Assembly (NCBI GenBank): GCA_976551045.1
Contig: CDPCPM010000102.1
Coordinates: 6,882,001 to 6,946,000 of the forward strand
Direction of reading: 5' to 3'
DNA: 64,000 nucleotides
Origin: Glaucostegus cemiculus
Lineage: Eukaryota
The position numbers were made by a program, and so were the translations under genes. The notes under the pieces are model-generated. The model was not told the origin of the DNA, did not search any database, and was given only the letters and a program-made list of their open reading frames with translations. Each line of letters starts with the position of its first letter. Position 1 is the stretch's first letter. Below, in pieces: positions 1 to 12,875 of this stretch.

Positions 1-749
1 GAGGCGTACAGGCCAGTTTACCTGTAACTACCAGATTAGATAAAAATTAAACAACTGGATAAAATGTCTTTTTATCATTTGAAGGCCATGGATAAAGTGC
101 AAGAGTAAGAAGCAACCAGTGCTCATGGTTTTCGGGGTAACATACTGGATTGAGGATTGGTTAATAGATTGAAAGCAGACAGGAAGAATGAATAGGTCAT
201 ATTCTGGTTGGGGAACATTGAATAACAGCAAGTTATAGGGATTGGTGTTGAGGTCCCAGGTGTTCACCATCTATATCAATGATTTGGATGAGGGATCAAG
301 TGTAAAATGTCCATGTTCGTTGATGATGCAAAATGAGTTGGCAGTAAGAGTTGTAATAAGGATGAAAAGAAGCTTCAGGGAATATAGACAGATTAAGTGA
401 ATGGCAAGGACATGACAGATGGAATATAATGTGGGAAAACATTACCCACTGTGGTAGAAAAAAAATAACCAAAGGGCAATATCTTTAAAACGGTGAGGAA
501 CAGAAAGCTGTTGGTGTATGGGGTGATTTGGGTGTCCTTTTGCGCGAATCACAAGTTAGTGTGAAGCGGCAGAAAGCAATTAGGAAGGCAAACAGTGTGC
601 TGGCCTTTAGTGCAAGAGGATTTGAGGAGAAAAAATAGTTGTCTTATTCCAGTGATATAATACCTCAATGAGACTACATCTGGATTATTGCGTCCAAGTC
701 TGGTCACTACTTAGGTAAGAATATATTTTTATAAGGGAAGCACAATGAA
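1..749 (+). mobile_element. Decayed CR1-clade LINE, RT region (5' part of an interrupted copy)
   Basis: FTIYINDLDEG-coding sequence near 263-295, a decayed FADD near 316-330 and an RLHLDYCVQVW-like segment near 670-703; many stops and frameshifts. Confidence 0.85.
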
Positions 750-2714
750 CATGGAAAATAGACCAGCACAGCAGCAGGCCCTTCAGCCCATGATCTCCAT
801 GTTGACCATAATGCCAAATGAAACTAATCCTATCTGCTTGCATGTTATCTATATTCCTTCATTTCCTACCAGTTCATGTCCCTTTCTAAATGCCCTTTGA
901 ATGTTGCTGTTGTATCTGCTTCCAGCACCTCCCCAGGCAGTATATTTCCAGACACTTAACACTTTGTTTCTTAAAGTCTCCTTTAAAGTTTCCCCCTCTC
1001 ATCTTAAAGCTATGCCCTCTGGTATTTAATGTTTCCACCCTGGGGAAAAAGACCCGTACTATCTCATAATTTGATATACTTCTATCAGCTCCTCCCCCAA
1101 ACAGCCTCCTATACTCCAGGAAAATAACAATCCAGGTTTGTCCAACACCTCCTTTTATAGCTGATACTTTCTAATTCAGCTAACATCCCAGTGAACCTCT
1201 TCTGCACCCTCTCCGAAACCTCCGTATCCTCCTCATAATGCAGTGATCAGAACTGCACACAATGCTGTATATATGGCTGAAAGCTTTATACAGCTGCAAC
1301 ATGACTTATCAACATTTATACTCAGTGCCCTGAATGATGATGGCAAGGATGCTGCACACCACCTTTACTAGTCTATCCAATTGTGTTACCACTTTCAAGG
1401 AGCTATGGACTTTCACCCTAAGCTCCCTCTGTACATCAATGCTTCTAAGGGTACTGCCATTTACTATACAATTTCCTCTTGCATTTGTCCTCCCACATTT
1501 GCAAACATCAATCAGCCCACCTACGTTTTCATCCAAACCATTAATACAAATATATAAAGAAGAGGTCCCAATACTGATCCTTACAGATCACCATCGGTCG
1601 CTGACCTCCAGTTGGAATGGCACTGCTCCAAACACTGCCCTGTCTTCTGTGGCGAAGCCAATTCTGAATACCATCTATGAAGTCTCCATAGATCTCATGT
1701 GCCTTAATCTGCTGGATAGGCCTACCATGAAGGACCTTATTAGAAGTTTTATTGAAGTCCATTTACACAACATCTACTGTCCTACCCTCATCAATTATCT
1801 TCTTCACCACCTCAAAACCCTCATCATGGTTGTAAGACCTGATCTCCCCCACAAAAAGTCATGTTGACTATAAGTCCATGGTTTTCCAAATGAAAGTAAA
1901 TCCTATCCCTAAGAATCTTCTCCCTACCACTGATGTAAGGCTCACCACCCAATAATTTTGTTGGTTTGATCCTATTTCCCTTCTTAAACAAAGAAACAGT
2001 CCTCTTTTTATTCTCTAGTACTCGGAGACCTCCCCTGTGGTGAGAAAGGACACAGTGTTGAGGCCCCAACAATCTCTTCTGTTGCCTCTCTCAATAACCT
2101 AGGATAGATTCCATCAGGTGACTTATCCACCTTAATGTTCTTCAAAAAAAACCCAACACCACCTACTTCTTGATATCAACATGCACTAGAGTATCAGCAT
2201 ATCCTGATCTCACTATTCTTAATGTCCTCCTGCCTGATGAAAACTGATGCAAAGTATTCATTTAAACATAAAGTAATAAGCCTACTTTCTCTGGCTCCAG
2301 ACATAAATTTCCTCCTTTGCCTTTGAGTGGTCCTACCATCTTGTTTTGAATGTATTTCTAAAATGCCTTGGGATCTTCTTTAATCCTATTTGCCAAGGAC
2401 TTCTCAGGTCTCCTTTTAACCCTCCTGATTTCCTGTCTAAGGTCTCTGCTTCCTTTATTTCTCAAGGTCCCTGTCTGATTTCAGCTTCCTAAGCTTTGCA
2501 CGATTCCTTTTTCTGTGTGGGTTTCCTCCCACATTCCAAAGATGTACAGATTAGGAAGTCGTGGGCATGCTATGTTGGCGCCGGAAGTGTGGTGACACTT
2601 GTGGGCTACCCCCAGAACACTCTACGCAAAAGACGTATTTCACTGTGTTTTGATGTACATGTGACTAATAAAGATATCTTACTTTGACTAAATTTATATC
2701 ATCTTTTGTCATCC
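750..2714 (-). mobile_element. Decayed CR1-clade LINE (3' end at left) inserted into the + strand CR1
   Basis: Begins with the reverse complement of the CR1 3' tail (caggcccttcagcccatg). RT-like segments lie on the minus strand, e.g. MDFNKT in ORF 1541..1762 (decayed DFSKAF). Confidence 0.85.
2510..2681 (+). mobile_element. 5'-truncated V-domain SINE (same family as 37519-37823)
   Basis: gggtttcctcccacattccaaagatgtacag...tatgttggcgccggaag...gatgtacatgtgactaataaagatatctta aligns closely with 37629-37815. Confidence 0.9.
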
Positions 2715-3050
2715 AAGGTTCATCAGTTTGATTCCTGGGCTTGACAGGGTAGATGTGGGTTTAATATCTCTCCTAGGAGGGGCATCTAGAACCATGGCTC
2801 ATAATCTCAAAATAAAGGATTATCCAGTAAGGACAGAGATGAGGTAAAAATGTCTTCACCCAGAAGATACTGAATCTGTAGTGGCTCATGCCTGACTATA
2901 TTCCAGAGATCTTTTTTTGAAAGCTATTAAGGGAATTGAGGGATATAGGTGGTGGCACTGAGGTAAAAGGTGAGCCATTGACTGCAAACATGAGGAGCCA
3001 GATAGCCTGCTGCTGATTTAAATTCCCTGTGTTATGTTCTTCTGTTGTGT
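2715..3050 (+). mobile_element. 3' continuation of the CR1 LINE at 1-749
   Basis: Resumes aaggttcatcagtttgattcctggg (RFxxLIPG) where 1-749 stops (gcacaatgaa), followed by CR1 ORF2 end and 3' UTR-like sequence. Confidence 0.8.
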
Positions 3051-3289
3051 TATGGACTGTCTACAATGAAGTCAAGTGAGTTTGGACATGCAGTGTTCAT
3101 CCTAGCAAAATGCAGGCTTTCATTATACAGAAGTGGTTGTGCCCTTTTGCTGCACCTGCCATATCAGTACATAGGATAACTTTGCTTATGTAGTTATTTG
3201 GTTTTTTTTAAAGTCAGATATTTTATGCCAAGTCAGCTCAACTTTTTCTGAATGGTCAAATGAGCATAGAGTGCAAAAATACCTTGTGC

Positions 3290-3500
3290 TCCTAACTCTA
3301 CCTCAGACTCCTTTTCTCTCTCTCAACTTGCACTAATGTCGTTAGGTCTATTTTATCATGCAAGTTATGTATAATATTAATTTAAGTTTGTTAACTTATG
3401 TTTGTACTGTATTGTGCCGCTGCAAAAAGCTAATTTTCATGGCATTTATACCCTAGGTATATACCTTTTGACAATAAACTTGAATTTGAAACTTGAACTC
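3290..3500 (+). mobile_element. 3' end fragment of a Rex1/Babar-like LINE
   Basis: ctgcaaaaagctaattttcatggca...tgacaataaa followed by a short tandem tail cttgaatttgaaacttgaac. Confidence 0.5.
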
Positions 3501-3689
3501 CACTTGACCATAGTTTTGTAACCTGAAAGTTGTCCAAGATAATTGATGTAAGGGGATGGTTTGGAAGTCAGTGGGTATTGTCACTTTATATTACCATGAG
3601 TGTACTATTACTTTGTTTAAATCCCACTCTGCACTCAGTGAAGCTAAATTGCGCACTTTACCTTTCGGCATTCTTGTTTTATATTTCAT

Positions 3690-4003
3690 TAGGACGTAGA
3701 AGGCCATTCAGTCCATCGAGTTTTTGTTGGTTCTTGGAGCAATCCTATTGATCCCAATTCCCTCCTTATTTTTCTATAATCTATTTTTTCTCTGCCCATT
3801 AACTCCCCTCTGATTCACCTACCAGATTCAGCTACATTAGGGGTAATTCACAGTTTCAATCAGCATGTCTTTGGGATGTGAAAGAACACTGGAATACCCA
3901 GGGAAAGCCCATCCAGTCACAGACTCAATACATACCATAGCCAAACTGGAATGATCCTAGGTTGTTTGAGCTAAGGCAGCTGCACTATCTTCTGTGCCAC
4001 CAT
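3690..4003 (-). mobile_element. Decayed HE1-like V-SINE with CR1-type tail
   Basis: Reverse complement of the V-domain (tctttgggatgtgaaagaacactggaatacccagggaaagccca), CR1-like tail (aggccattcagtccatcgag) at left and tRNA-head remnant (ctgtgccacc) at right. Confidence 0.65.
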
Positions 4004-4779
4004 ATGTCTTTTTTTTTAAAAAAGCTGCACTGTTGCCTGCAGTGCACTCTCAACAGACTCCGAACTGACTGATGTAGATATTTCCAATAGTATGTTTTGC
4101 GAATATGTCATTTCCTTCTGACATTGGCAGCCACCAGTCATTTTCAAGTTATGAGGAAGGAGAATATTGGGGAACCAGCTCAACCTGAAAATAGATGCAA
4201 TTACCATACCATGGTAAAACTCTACAAATATGTGTTTGGTAGCTGCTGGGTATTTGTAACTTAGAGCATTTAATTTATAGATTCTTTCTAAAAATGGGAG
4301 AGTAGTGAGCAGTGTGGTTACCCTTCCTGGGCAGTCATGCAAAGACTTGGAGAAGGGTGGACCCCCAGGGAACATTAGTGCCAGTGAAAGACTGTTCAGA
4401 AAAATGAATCATTCCCTAAAAGTCTTGAGGTACAATGTAGCTCTGTGTAAGGGCCATTGCATTAAATTTTAATTTTTGGGTTGTTAATTACATATATGGA
4501 AAGCATAATAGGTGAGATCATTAAATTAGTTACAGAAGTGCACATTGTTTCACTTTGTGCTTTTTACTTGTTTATTGGAATCATCTTGTTTAACATCTTT
4601 GTTGATTGCTTCCCTGACTTTAAGGTAAGCTACGATCTGTAAAAGTTCAGCATTTTCTTTAGTTGGTCTTATAACTGGTGTTTTAATATTTAATTACTTA
4701 TGTGTTGGAGGGGACAAAGGCTGGTATATATTGGAGCTTCCTAATTATAGAAAAACCCATGGAGCAAACATGTTTAAAA

Positions 4780-4842
4780 CAGATACTCAGCAGGTCAGAC
4801 AGCATTTGTTAATGTTTCAGGTCGATGACCCTTCATTAGATC
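4780..4842 (-). repeat. Penelope-like terminal-repeat fragment with hammerhead-like core
   Basis: Shares actcagcaggtcag.cagcat with other copies. Minus strand reads CTAATGA-a-gggtc-atc-gacct-GAAAC. Confidence 0.7.
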
Positions 4843-5029
4843 TGTTTAATAAGCTAAGAATACACTAAGACTCTTCTCTGCCAATGCAGTTGGTACAATG
4901 AATAATTTTGAAGTTATTCCAAGTTTGCTGCTTCCATTGCTATTCTCAGATGTCCATTGCCAGTTTTGATCACACTGTGCATTAAAAAAAAATGTGATAT
5001 CAGTCCAATTGTTGTTCTGACTAGTTCTG

Positions 5030-5489
5030 CACTTGAGAGAGAAGTTAGGAGGGCAAAAAGAGGAAATGATAATGAGCTGGCAGGCAAGGTGAGGCAAGAT
5101 CCCAAGAAATTAACTAGGTATATATTAAGAGTAAAACTGTGGCAAGTGGGAGAATAGGTCCCCTTAAAGATCAGCACAGCCGTCGATGTGTGGAACTGAA
5201 GGAAATGGGAGAGATTTTTGATGAATGTTTCTCTTCAGTTTTTAAGGAAGTGGGGGAAATGAGTGGCGTTGTCTTGGACTGCATATGAATTTAGCAAGGA
5301 GGAGGTTTTGGAGTCCTTAAAGTTCATTAAGGTGGATAAATCCCCAGGGCCTGACCTAGTGCATTCTTGAACCTTGTGGAAAGCTAGAGAAGAAATTGCG
5401 GCGGCCCTTGCAGAGATTTTTGCTTCATCGCTGGCCACGGGTGAGGTTCTGGACGACTGGAGAGTGGCTAATGTGGTAGCTTTGTTTAA
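5030..5489 (+). mobile_element. CR1-clade LINE ORF2 fragment
   Basis: REVRRAKRG, DKSPGPD and EEIAAALAEIFASSLATGEVLDDWRVANVVALF (start of ORF 5374..5643), cut off by the Rex1 insertion. Confidence 0.85.
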
Positions 5490-7998
5490 TCAACACTTCA
5501 TGGTCCTCAGACGTGACAGTCCTGGCAAGTTCCTGCTCACCCAGCTTGGGGTATCTAATGGTGAAGTATTGCCCATACTATCTGCCATGGGAATTCACTT
5601 CAGCTATCCTGATGGCAGTCTACATCCCAACCCAGACAAGTGAAGCCTGCACTCAATGAGCTGTACTCTGTGGTCAACAGCCTTGAAATGGGATACCCTG
5701 AGGCAGACTTCATCATTGCCAGTGACTTCAACCAGGCCAGCTTCATGAGTGTGTTACTAAAATACTACCAGCACATCTCCTGTCCCACCACCCTTGACCA
5801 TTGCTATACAACCATCAAAGAAGCTGACCGAGCCACCCCCCTACCCACACTCTGGTAACTCAGACCACCAGGTTGTGCTGTGTCTCCCTGCGTACAAACA
5901 GAAGATGAAGTGGGAGGATCCAGAAAATATTCGTACAGTGCTGGTCTGAGGAAATAGATGAGCTTCTGCGTGACTCCTTTGAGTCAGTAGACTGGTCCAT
6001 ATTCAGAGACTAAGCAGACAGCCTAGATGAGTATGTCACCACCATCACAGACTTTATCAACAAGTGTGTTGAGGACTGTGTACCTGTGTATTCCCAAACT
6101 GGAAACCATGGATGAACTGGGAGATCCATTCCCTCAAATCTGGGACTGCAGCATTCAAATCAGGTGACCCTGACTCGTACAAGAAATCGAGATACGACCT
6201 TAGTAAAGCTATCAGAGATTCCAAGAGACAATACCAGTCCAGAATAGAGTCCCGGAGCAGTCATCAGTTATGGCAGGGCTTACATGCTATAACGGGCTTC
6301 AAAATTGAAGTTGAGCAGCATCACTGACAACAGCGCCTCACTTCCCGATGAGCTTAATGCATTCTATGCATGCTTTGAACAGAAGGGGATTGGTATGTCA
6401 CCACCCACCTCGACAGCCTCCAATACATCTGAACCCATGGTAACCATTGACGACATAAGATAAGTCTGCCTGAGAGTGAACCCGCAGAAAGCATCTGGCC
6501 TGGATGGTGTTCCTGGCCATGTACTTAGATCCTGGGCAGATCAGCTGGTGGGAGTATTTGCAGGCATTTTTAACCTCTCCATGCTTCAATCTGAGGTTCT
6601 CAACTGCTTTAAAAAGACCACTATTAACCCGGTACCTAAGAAAAACAAGGACATATGCTTAATGACTACCGTCCAGTGTCTCTGATATCCACCATCATGA
6701 AGTGCTTCGAGAGGCTGGTCATGGCACGCATTAACTCCAGCCTCAGACAACCTCAACCCACTGCAATTCGCCTACTGCCAAACAGGTCTATGGCTGATGC
6801 CATTTCCCTGGCCCTACACTCATCTCTTGAGCATCTGGACAGTGAAGACACCTATGTTAAACTATCACTTATTGACTACAGCTTTGTTTTCAATACTATA
6901 ATTCCAGGCAAACTCTGAGACCTGGGACTTAACACCTCCCTTTGCAACTGGATCCTTCCTTACCAACAGATTGCAATCGGTAAGGATAGGCAGCAACACC
7001 TTCGCCACAATTATTCTCAACATGGGTGCCTCACAAGGCTGTGTCCTCAGCCCCCTTCTGTATTCCCTATGCACTCAAGACTGCGTGGCCAGATTCTGCT
7101 CTAAATCCATCTACAAATTTGCAGATGATACCACCGTATAACAATGAGTCAGAGTACAGGAAGGACGTAGACAGCTTAGTGACATGGTGTCATGACAATA
7201 TCCTTTCCCTCAATGTCAGCAAAACAAAAGAGCTGGTCACTGACTTCAGGAACGGGGCAGTGCACATGCTTCTGTCTATATTAGTGGTGCCAAGGTCGAG
7301 AGTGTTGAAAGCTTCAAGTTCCTGGAGTGAACATCACTAATAGCCTGCCCTGGTCAAACCATCTTGATGCCATGGCCAAGAAAGCTCACTGGCACCTCCA
7401 TTTCCTCAAGGAGGCTTAAGAAATTTGGCATGTCCCCTTTGACCCTCACGAATTTTTATTGATGCACCATAGAAAGCATTCTATCTAAATGCATCACGGC
7501 TTGGTATGGCAACTGCTCTGCCTGGGACCTATTTTAGTTTTGGACATTAGCTTAGCACATCATGGAAACTCATCCTCCTCTCCATGGACTCTGTCTACAC
7601 TTCTCGCTACCTCAGTAAAACAGCCAGCATAATCAAAGACCCCATCCACCCCAGACATTCTCTCTTCTCCCTTCTCCCATTGGGTAAAAAGATACAAAAG
7701 CCTGAAAGCACGTATCACCAGTCTCAAGGACAGCTTCTATCCTGCTGTTATAAGATTATTGAATGGTTCCCTAGTACGATAAGATGGACTCTTGACTTCA
7801 CAATCTACCTTGTTATAACCTTGCACCTCACTGTCTATGTAGACTACACTTTCTCTAGCTGTAACACTTTATTCTGCACTCTGTTATTGTTTTGTCTCGT
7901 ACTACCTCAATGCACTGTTGTAATGAATTGCTCTGTATGAACAGTATGCAAGGCAAGGCTTTCTCAGTACATGTGACATAATAAACCAATTTACCAAC
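5490..7998 (+). mobile_element. Decayed Rex1/Babar-clade LINE (APE endonuclease end, RT, 3' UTR)
   Basis: SDFNQA and LDHCYT (ORF 5640..5858), [48 protein letters not shown] (~7115-7132); tail gtacatgtgacataataaaccaat. Multiple frameshifts. Confidence 0.92.
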
Positions 7999-9559
7999 AC
8001 ACTGAGATTATGTAAAGTCTAAATGTTTCCATAAAGAAATTCAGGGTTTATGAAGCTGGGGCATTATTAATTTACTCGAATTGAAAATGTGCCTGCAACT
8101 ATTCTTTTTATCCTTCTCTTGTCTGCAATGATATTGGTACTTTGAAAGGCAATGTGATCTCATAATTACACCACAGTGAGAATTGTGTTATCCAGACTTG
8201 CAATTAGCCATGAACCAAAGTAGACTGAATTAGGGTCAGATTATGTAAAACCTGCATTAATCTTTCTAGCTCTGTGATATCAGATCTTTGCAGTACAAAA
8301 TAATTGAAAATAACAGATTGAAGCTTGTGGCACAAAATCATTTGGTTGAAGATGTGAAAGTAATATAATAAATTAGTAGGTCTGTTAATTGCTGGGTCGT
8401 CATACAAGTTAGCATGGAGTTTAAATTAGGGTAAATCCAATTGGTTGAAGGCGCGAAACCTAATGTAGTGAGGATTTGAAGAACTTATGGATACTTTGCA
8501 TAATTGATTTATGTTCTTGTTTATATATTTTGGAGGGAATGTTGGGTGGAAAAATGTGGAAAATATTGTTGACCCTTCCACCAAATAGACTAAAATAAAT
8601 GAAGCTTTTAATTTTTCCAGCACTTTATTCATCTTGAATGATATAAGGAACAAATATGCATTAAAAGAAATTGAGTTGAAACTTGACATTCTGGGTCAAT
8701 TCAATCATAACTGTTCTATCATCTTGGATTGTTAAGGTACAAAGACACAGCCAGTAAACACTTAATGGTAATAACTGCTGGAAGGAGGATAACTCGTTTT
8801 GCTTCATTGTCTCCGTGCATCCTTTGAATTTATGGTTTGTAAGTCGATGAGAAAAATAAGCTTTTTGGAACTCATTTTCCTCACATTTCTCAGAAAAAGC
8901 TATCTGAAGAAATCTCTGTGCTGATTCTGATTGTGCCTAAGGCTGTATTATCTTTAACAATCAGATATCCAAGGAGGCAGAGGTTTATAAAGTGGGAAAT
9001 GTTTCAGATGAAAAGTTAGATATGAACTTTGTGATTGGTTCAAGCTTGAATATTTAGTGGAATGATGTCAGATTTGCAGTCCCAATGTATTGGCAATAAC
9101 TTCATTATTACACAGTAAATTGTGCCTGCTCAAGAACTGAAATAAGGAGTGCACAACGTACTTCGGTCACAACTGTGCCAGTGAAATTAGCAAGTGGTGT
9201 ATTGCTTGCCCATGACAGGAAAGGAGGCTACCTGGGTAATTGAAATATGATTCCTGTAAATCACCATAAATGGTATTTTATATACTCACTTCCACAACTT
9301 TGTTGTGTATAATAACCTGAAAGATTAAATAGCTTAATATTATTATAATTTAACAACTCAGTCAGGGATGCCAATCAGTATTTTTGTTTTGCACTTACTA
9401 ACTAATCTGGCACTTAGTTCAGTTCACAGATTACAAATTTGATCCAGTACCGAAAGTAATTCTGGAGGTTGGGTATTATTGAATAAACTTCTGTGATGGG
9501 TGTTTCATGCTTTAATTTGAGTTGCTTTGGCTTGCATATTGGTGGAACGAAGCACCCTG

Positions 9560-11497
9560 TGCAGCTGAAACTGAGTTTGAGAGACAGAAGCCAAAATCAG
9601 GTGTATCGATATTACAGTTGAGACTACAAAGGCATGAGGGAGGAGCTGGCCAAAGTTGATTGGAAGGGAACCCTAACAGGGATGATAGTAGAGCAGCAAT
9701 GGCAGGAGTTTCTGGGACTAATTTGAAAGATGCAGGATCATTTCATCCCAAAGAAGAAGCAGCATTCTAAAGGATGAGGCAACCGTAGCTGACAAGGGAA
9801 GTCAGACAGCATAAAAGCAGAGAGGGTATACAAAATTGTAAAAATTACATTTTTTTAATTTTTAAATTTTTTATTTACAGCATGGTAACAGGTCTTTCCA
9901 GCCCAACTAGTCCGTGCTGCCCATTTTAAACCCTAAATTAACCTACCCATATGTCTTTGGAATGTGCGAGGAAACTGGAGCACCTGGAGGAAACCCATAC
10001 AAGCTTAGAGGAAACCCATACAAGCTTAGAGGATTGGGAAGCTTTTATTTAAAAAAAAAAACAGAAGGCAACTAAAAATAGCAATAAGGGGAGAAAGGGT
10101 GAAATGTGAATGTAAGCTAGCCAATAATATGAAAGAGGATGCCAAAAGTTTTTTCAGATGTATGAAAATTAAAAGAAAGGCAAGAGCGGACATACGACTG
10201 CTGGAAAATGACGCGGGAGAAGTAGTAATAGGCAACAAAGAAATGGCAGGTGATCTGAATAAGTATTTTATGTCATCACTATGGAAGACAGCAGCGCCAT
10301 GCTAAAACCTCAAGAGAGTCAGGGGGCAGAAGTGAGTGTAGTCACTGTTACTAAGGAGAAGGTGCTTGGCAAGCTGAAAGGTCTGAAGGTGGACAAGTCA
10401 CCTGGACTGGATGGACGGCACCTTAGGGTTCTGTAAGAGATAGCTGAAGAGATTGTGGAAGCATTAATAGTGATCTTTCAAGAATCACTAGGGACAGGAA
10501 TGGTTCCAGAGGACTGGAAAATTACAAAAGTCACTCCACTCTTTAAGAAAGAAGGGAGGCAAAACACAGGAAATTATAGCCCGGTTAACCTGACTTCAGT
10601 GGTTGGTAAGATTTTAGAACCCATTGTTAAGGATGAAGTTTCGGGGTACCTGGAAGCACATGATAAAATAGGCCAAAGTCAGCATGGTTTCCTTAGGGCA
10701 GATCTTGCCTGACAAATGTATTGGAATTCTTTGAGGAAGTGTCAAGCATGATAGAGAGTCAGCGGATGTTGTTTACTTGGATTTTCAGAAGGCCTTTGAC
10801 AAATGGTGCACATGAAGTTGCTAAACAAGATAGGAGCTCATGGTATTAAAGGAAAGGTGTAAGCATGGATAGAAGATTGACTGACTTGGCAGAAGGCAAA
10901 GAATGTGAGTTAAAGGGGCCTTTTCTGGTTAGCTGCCAGTGACTAGTGGTGTTCCTCAAGGGTGGGTGTTGGGTCTGCTAGTTATCATGTTGTATGTTAA
11001 TGATCACGATTATGGAATTGATGGTTTTGTGGCTAAGTTTGTGGATGATACAAAGGTAGGTGGAGGGGCAGGTAAGTGTTGAGGAAGCAGGAGTCTACAG
11101 AGGGAATTGGACAGGTTGGGAGAATGGGTAAAGAAGTGGCAGATGGAATAGTGTAGGGAAGGGTATGGTTATGCACTTTGATAGAATGAATAAAGTTGTA
11201 GACTATTTTCTAAATGGGGAGTGAATACAGAAATTGGAGGTGCAAAGGGACTTGGGAGTCCCAATGCAGAATTCCCTAAAGATTAACTTGCGGTTTGAGT
11301 CGGTAGTAATGAAGGCAAATACAATGTTAGCATTCATTTTGAGAGGACTAGAATATAAAAGCAAGGATGTATTGCTGAGGCTTTATAAGGTGTTGGTCAG
11401 ACCACATTTGGTGTATTGTGAGCAGTTTTGGGCCCCATATCTCAGGAAGGATTTGCTTGCATTGGAGTGGGTCCAGAGAAGGTTTATGAGAATGAAA
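9560..11497 (+). mobile_element. Decayed CR1-clade LINE ORF2
   Basis: VPEDWKITKVTPLFKK..GNYSPVNLTSVVGKILE (ORF 10455..10712), DFQKAFDK (~10780), PQG (~10955), KFVDDTK (~11035), RPHLVYCEQFWAP (ORF 11234..11557). Confidence 0.92.
9850..10000 (-). mobile_element. 5'-truncated V-SINE with CR1-type tail, inserted in the CR1
   Basis: T-rich tail, then catggtaacaggtctttccagccca and the V-domain reverse complement (tctttggaatgtgcgaggaaactggagcacctggaggaaaccca). Close to 33815-33914. Confidence 0.8.
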
Positions 11498-12875
11498 GCT
11501 GGAGTGGACTGTTTGGTAAAGAAGAGCGGGCAAACTCGATGGAGAGAAATGCTGTAATACTGGAACTTTAAGTCCCTATAGAATAATATGGTAAATGGCA
11601 TGGTTGAATTGTGATTGTGGTATGACCTACTGTATTACCTACTGATACTCAGTAGGTCAAGTATTGCACTAATTTTACAGATTCTTTTTAATCATTAAAA
11701 CAGTTATTCATTTTTAATCTATCCCTCCCATCTTTTACTATTTGTCCCCTGTTCCTCAGCCATATTTGCTCTCCCTCAACAGCTTGAACTATTTCCCAAC
11801 AGAGGGGGCTGTTTATGTCATTTGGTTTCTGGTCTGTAATCAAGGCCTGACTCATGCGTATGCCCTTTTCCTCCTCCATTCACTCTTTCTGCCAATGACA
11901 CTGATGAGCTAAGAAACTTGCCACGTGTGAAACTGCAGGGTGTTGGTACACTGAGGCATAGCATGACTATGACACCTAAATTGTCAATCACTACTAATCC
12001 TCAGATGTTTCAAGTTTATCTCATTAGTTGATCAGAAATCAAGTGCTGTTTCCTCTGACCACCATCCTTCTATAGAAGCCTTCAGTTCTCTGCAAACACA
12101 ATAATATGAGATTTATTTGCATGAACATTGTTGGCTATCTGCACACTTTTAATTCACTTAGCTACTTATTTAAAAAGTTTTAAGTAATACTGCTAAAATC
12201 TGAGTGGTACAAATTTCTTAAATGAACTACCTTCATCAAATACTACGATCTTTTCCAGAGTGAGCAAATTCAACTGACAAAAAAAATTGCAAAATAAGTG
12301 CAGTTAACTTTTTTGTATACTGATTATGTATATCTTTTCACTTGAATTTTTGTATAGGCCAAATATGGGGTAAGTAGTTCCCTTCTCTTTCTTTGCTGGC
12401 ATAATTCAACTAATTCCATTCACTTGGTCATTTCACTTACGATCCTCATTTAAAATACTTCTCAACGCTAGTTGTGTAAATGTTACAAAAAAGGTAGTGT
12501 TCTTTCATTTTAGAAGTGAAGTATAAAGTCTAGCAAGTTATTAGTGACTTCTGTAATTATTTTAATACAAGGTTACAAAATGACAATATATAATTTAGAA
12601 TAAAATCAACTGGTAGATCAGTGATATCATTTCGCATTTCTGAGAATGTTTTTTTTCTGCAACAGAACAGATTATCCTGATTTGGAAATATAACACTGCT
12701 GCTTCATTACTGGGTCTAAATCCTGGAAGTAACTTCCCAATGACTGTCAGAGTATTTTGCTGCTTCATTGATTATTTTTGAAACGTGACATAGCTGCATT
12801 CATTGCACTTTCCTGATAGTCCTGAAAGAGATGTTGGTGTTCTTTTAGAATTTATTTTAAAGCCAAAAAAAAAGC

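Noticed and set aside
1334-1867. 177-aa + strand ORF
   Set aside because: Antisense reading of a minus-strand CR1 RT region. The same applies to ORFs at 32155-32627, 57774-58884 and 63354-63865.
11901-11917. CTGATGA-gctaa-GAAAC, a hammerhead-like core
   Set aside because: No pairable stem II between the boxes, no stem I/III or cleavage-site context, and not part of the PLE repeat.
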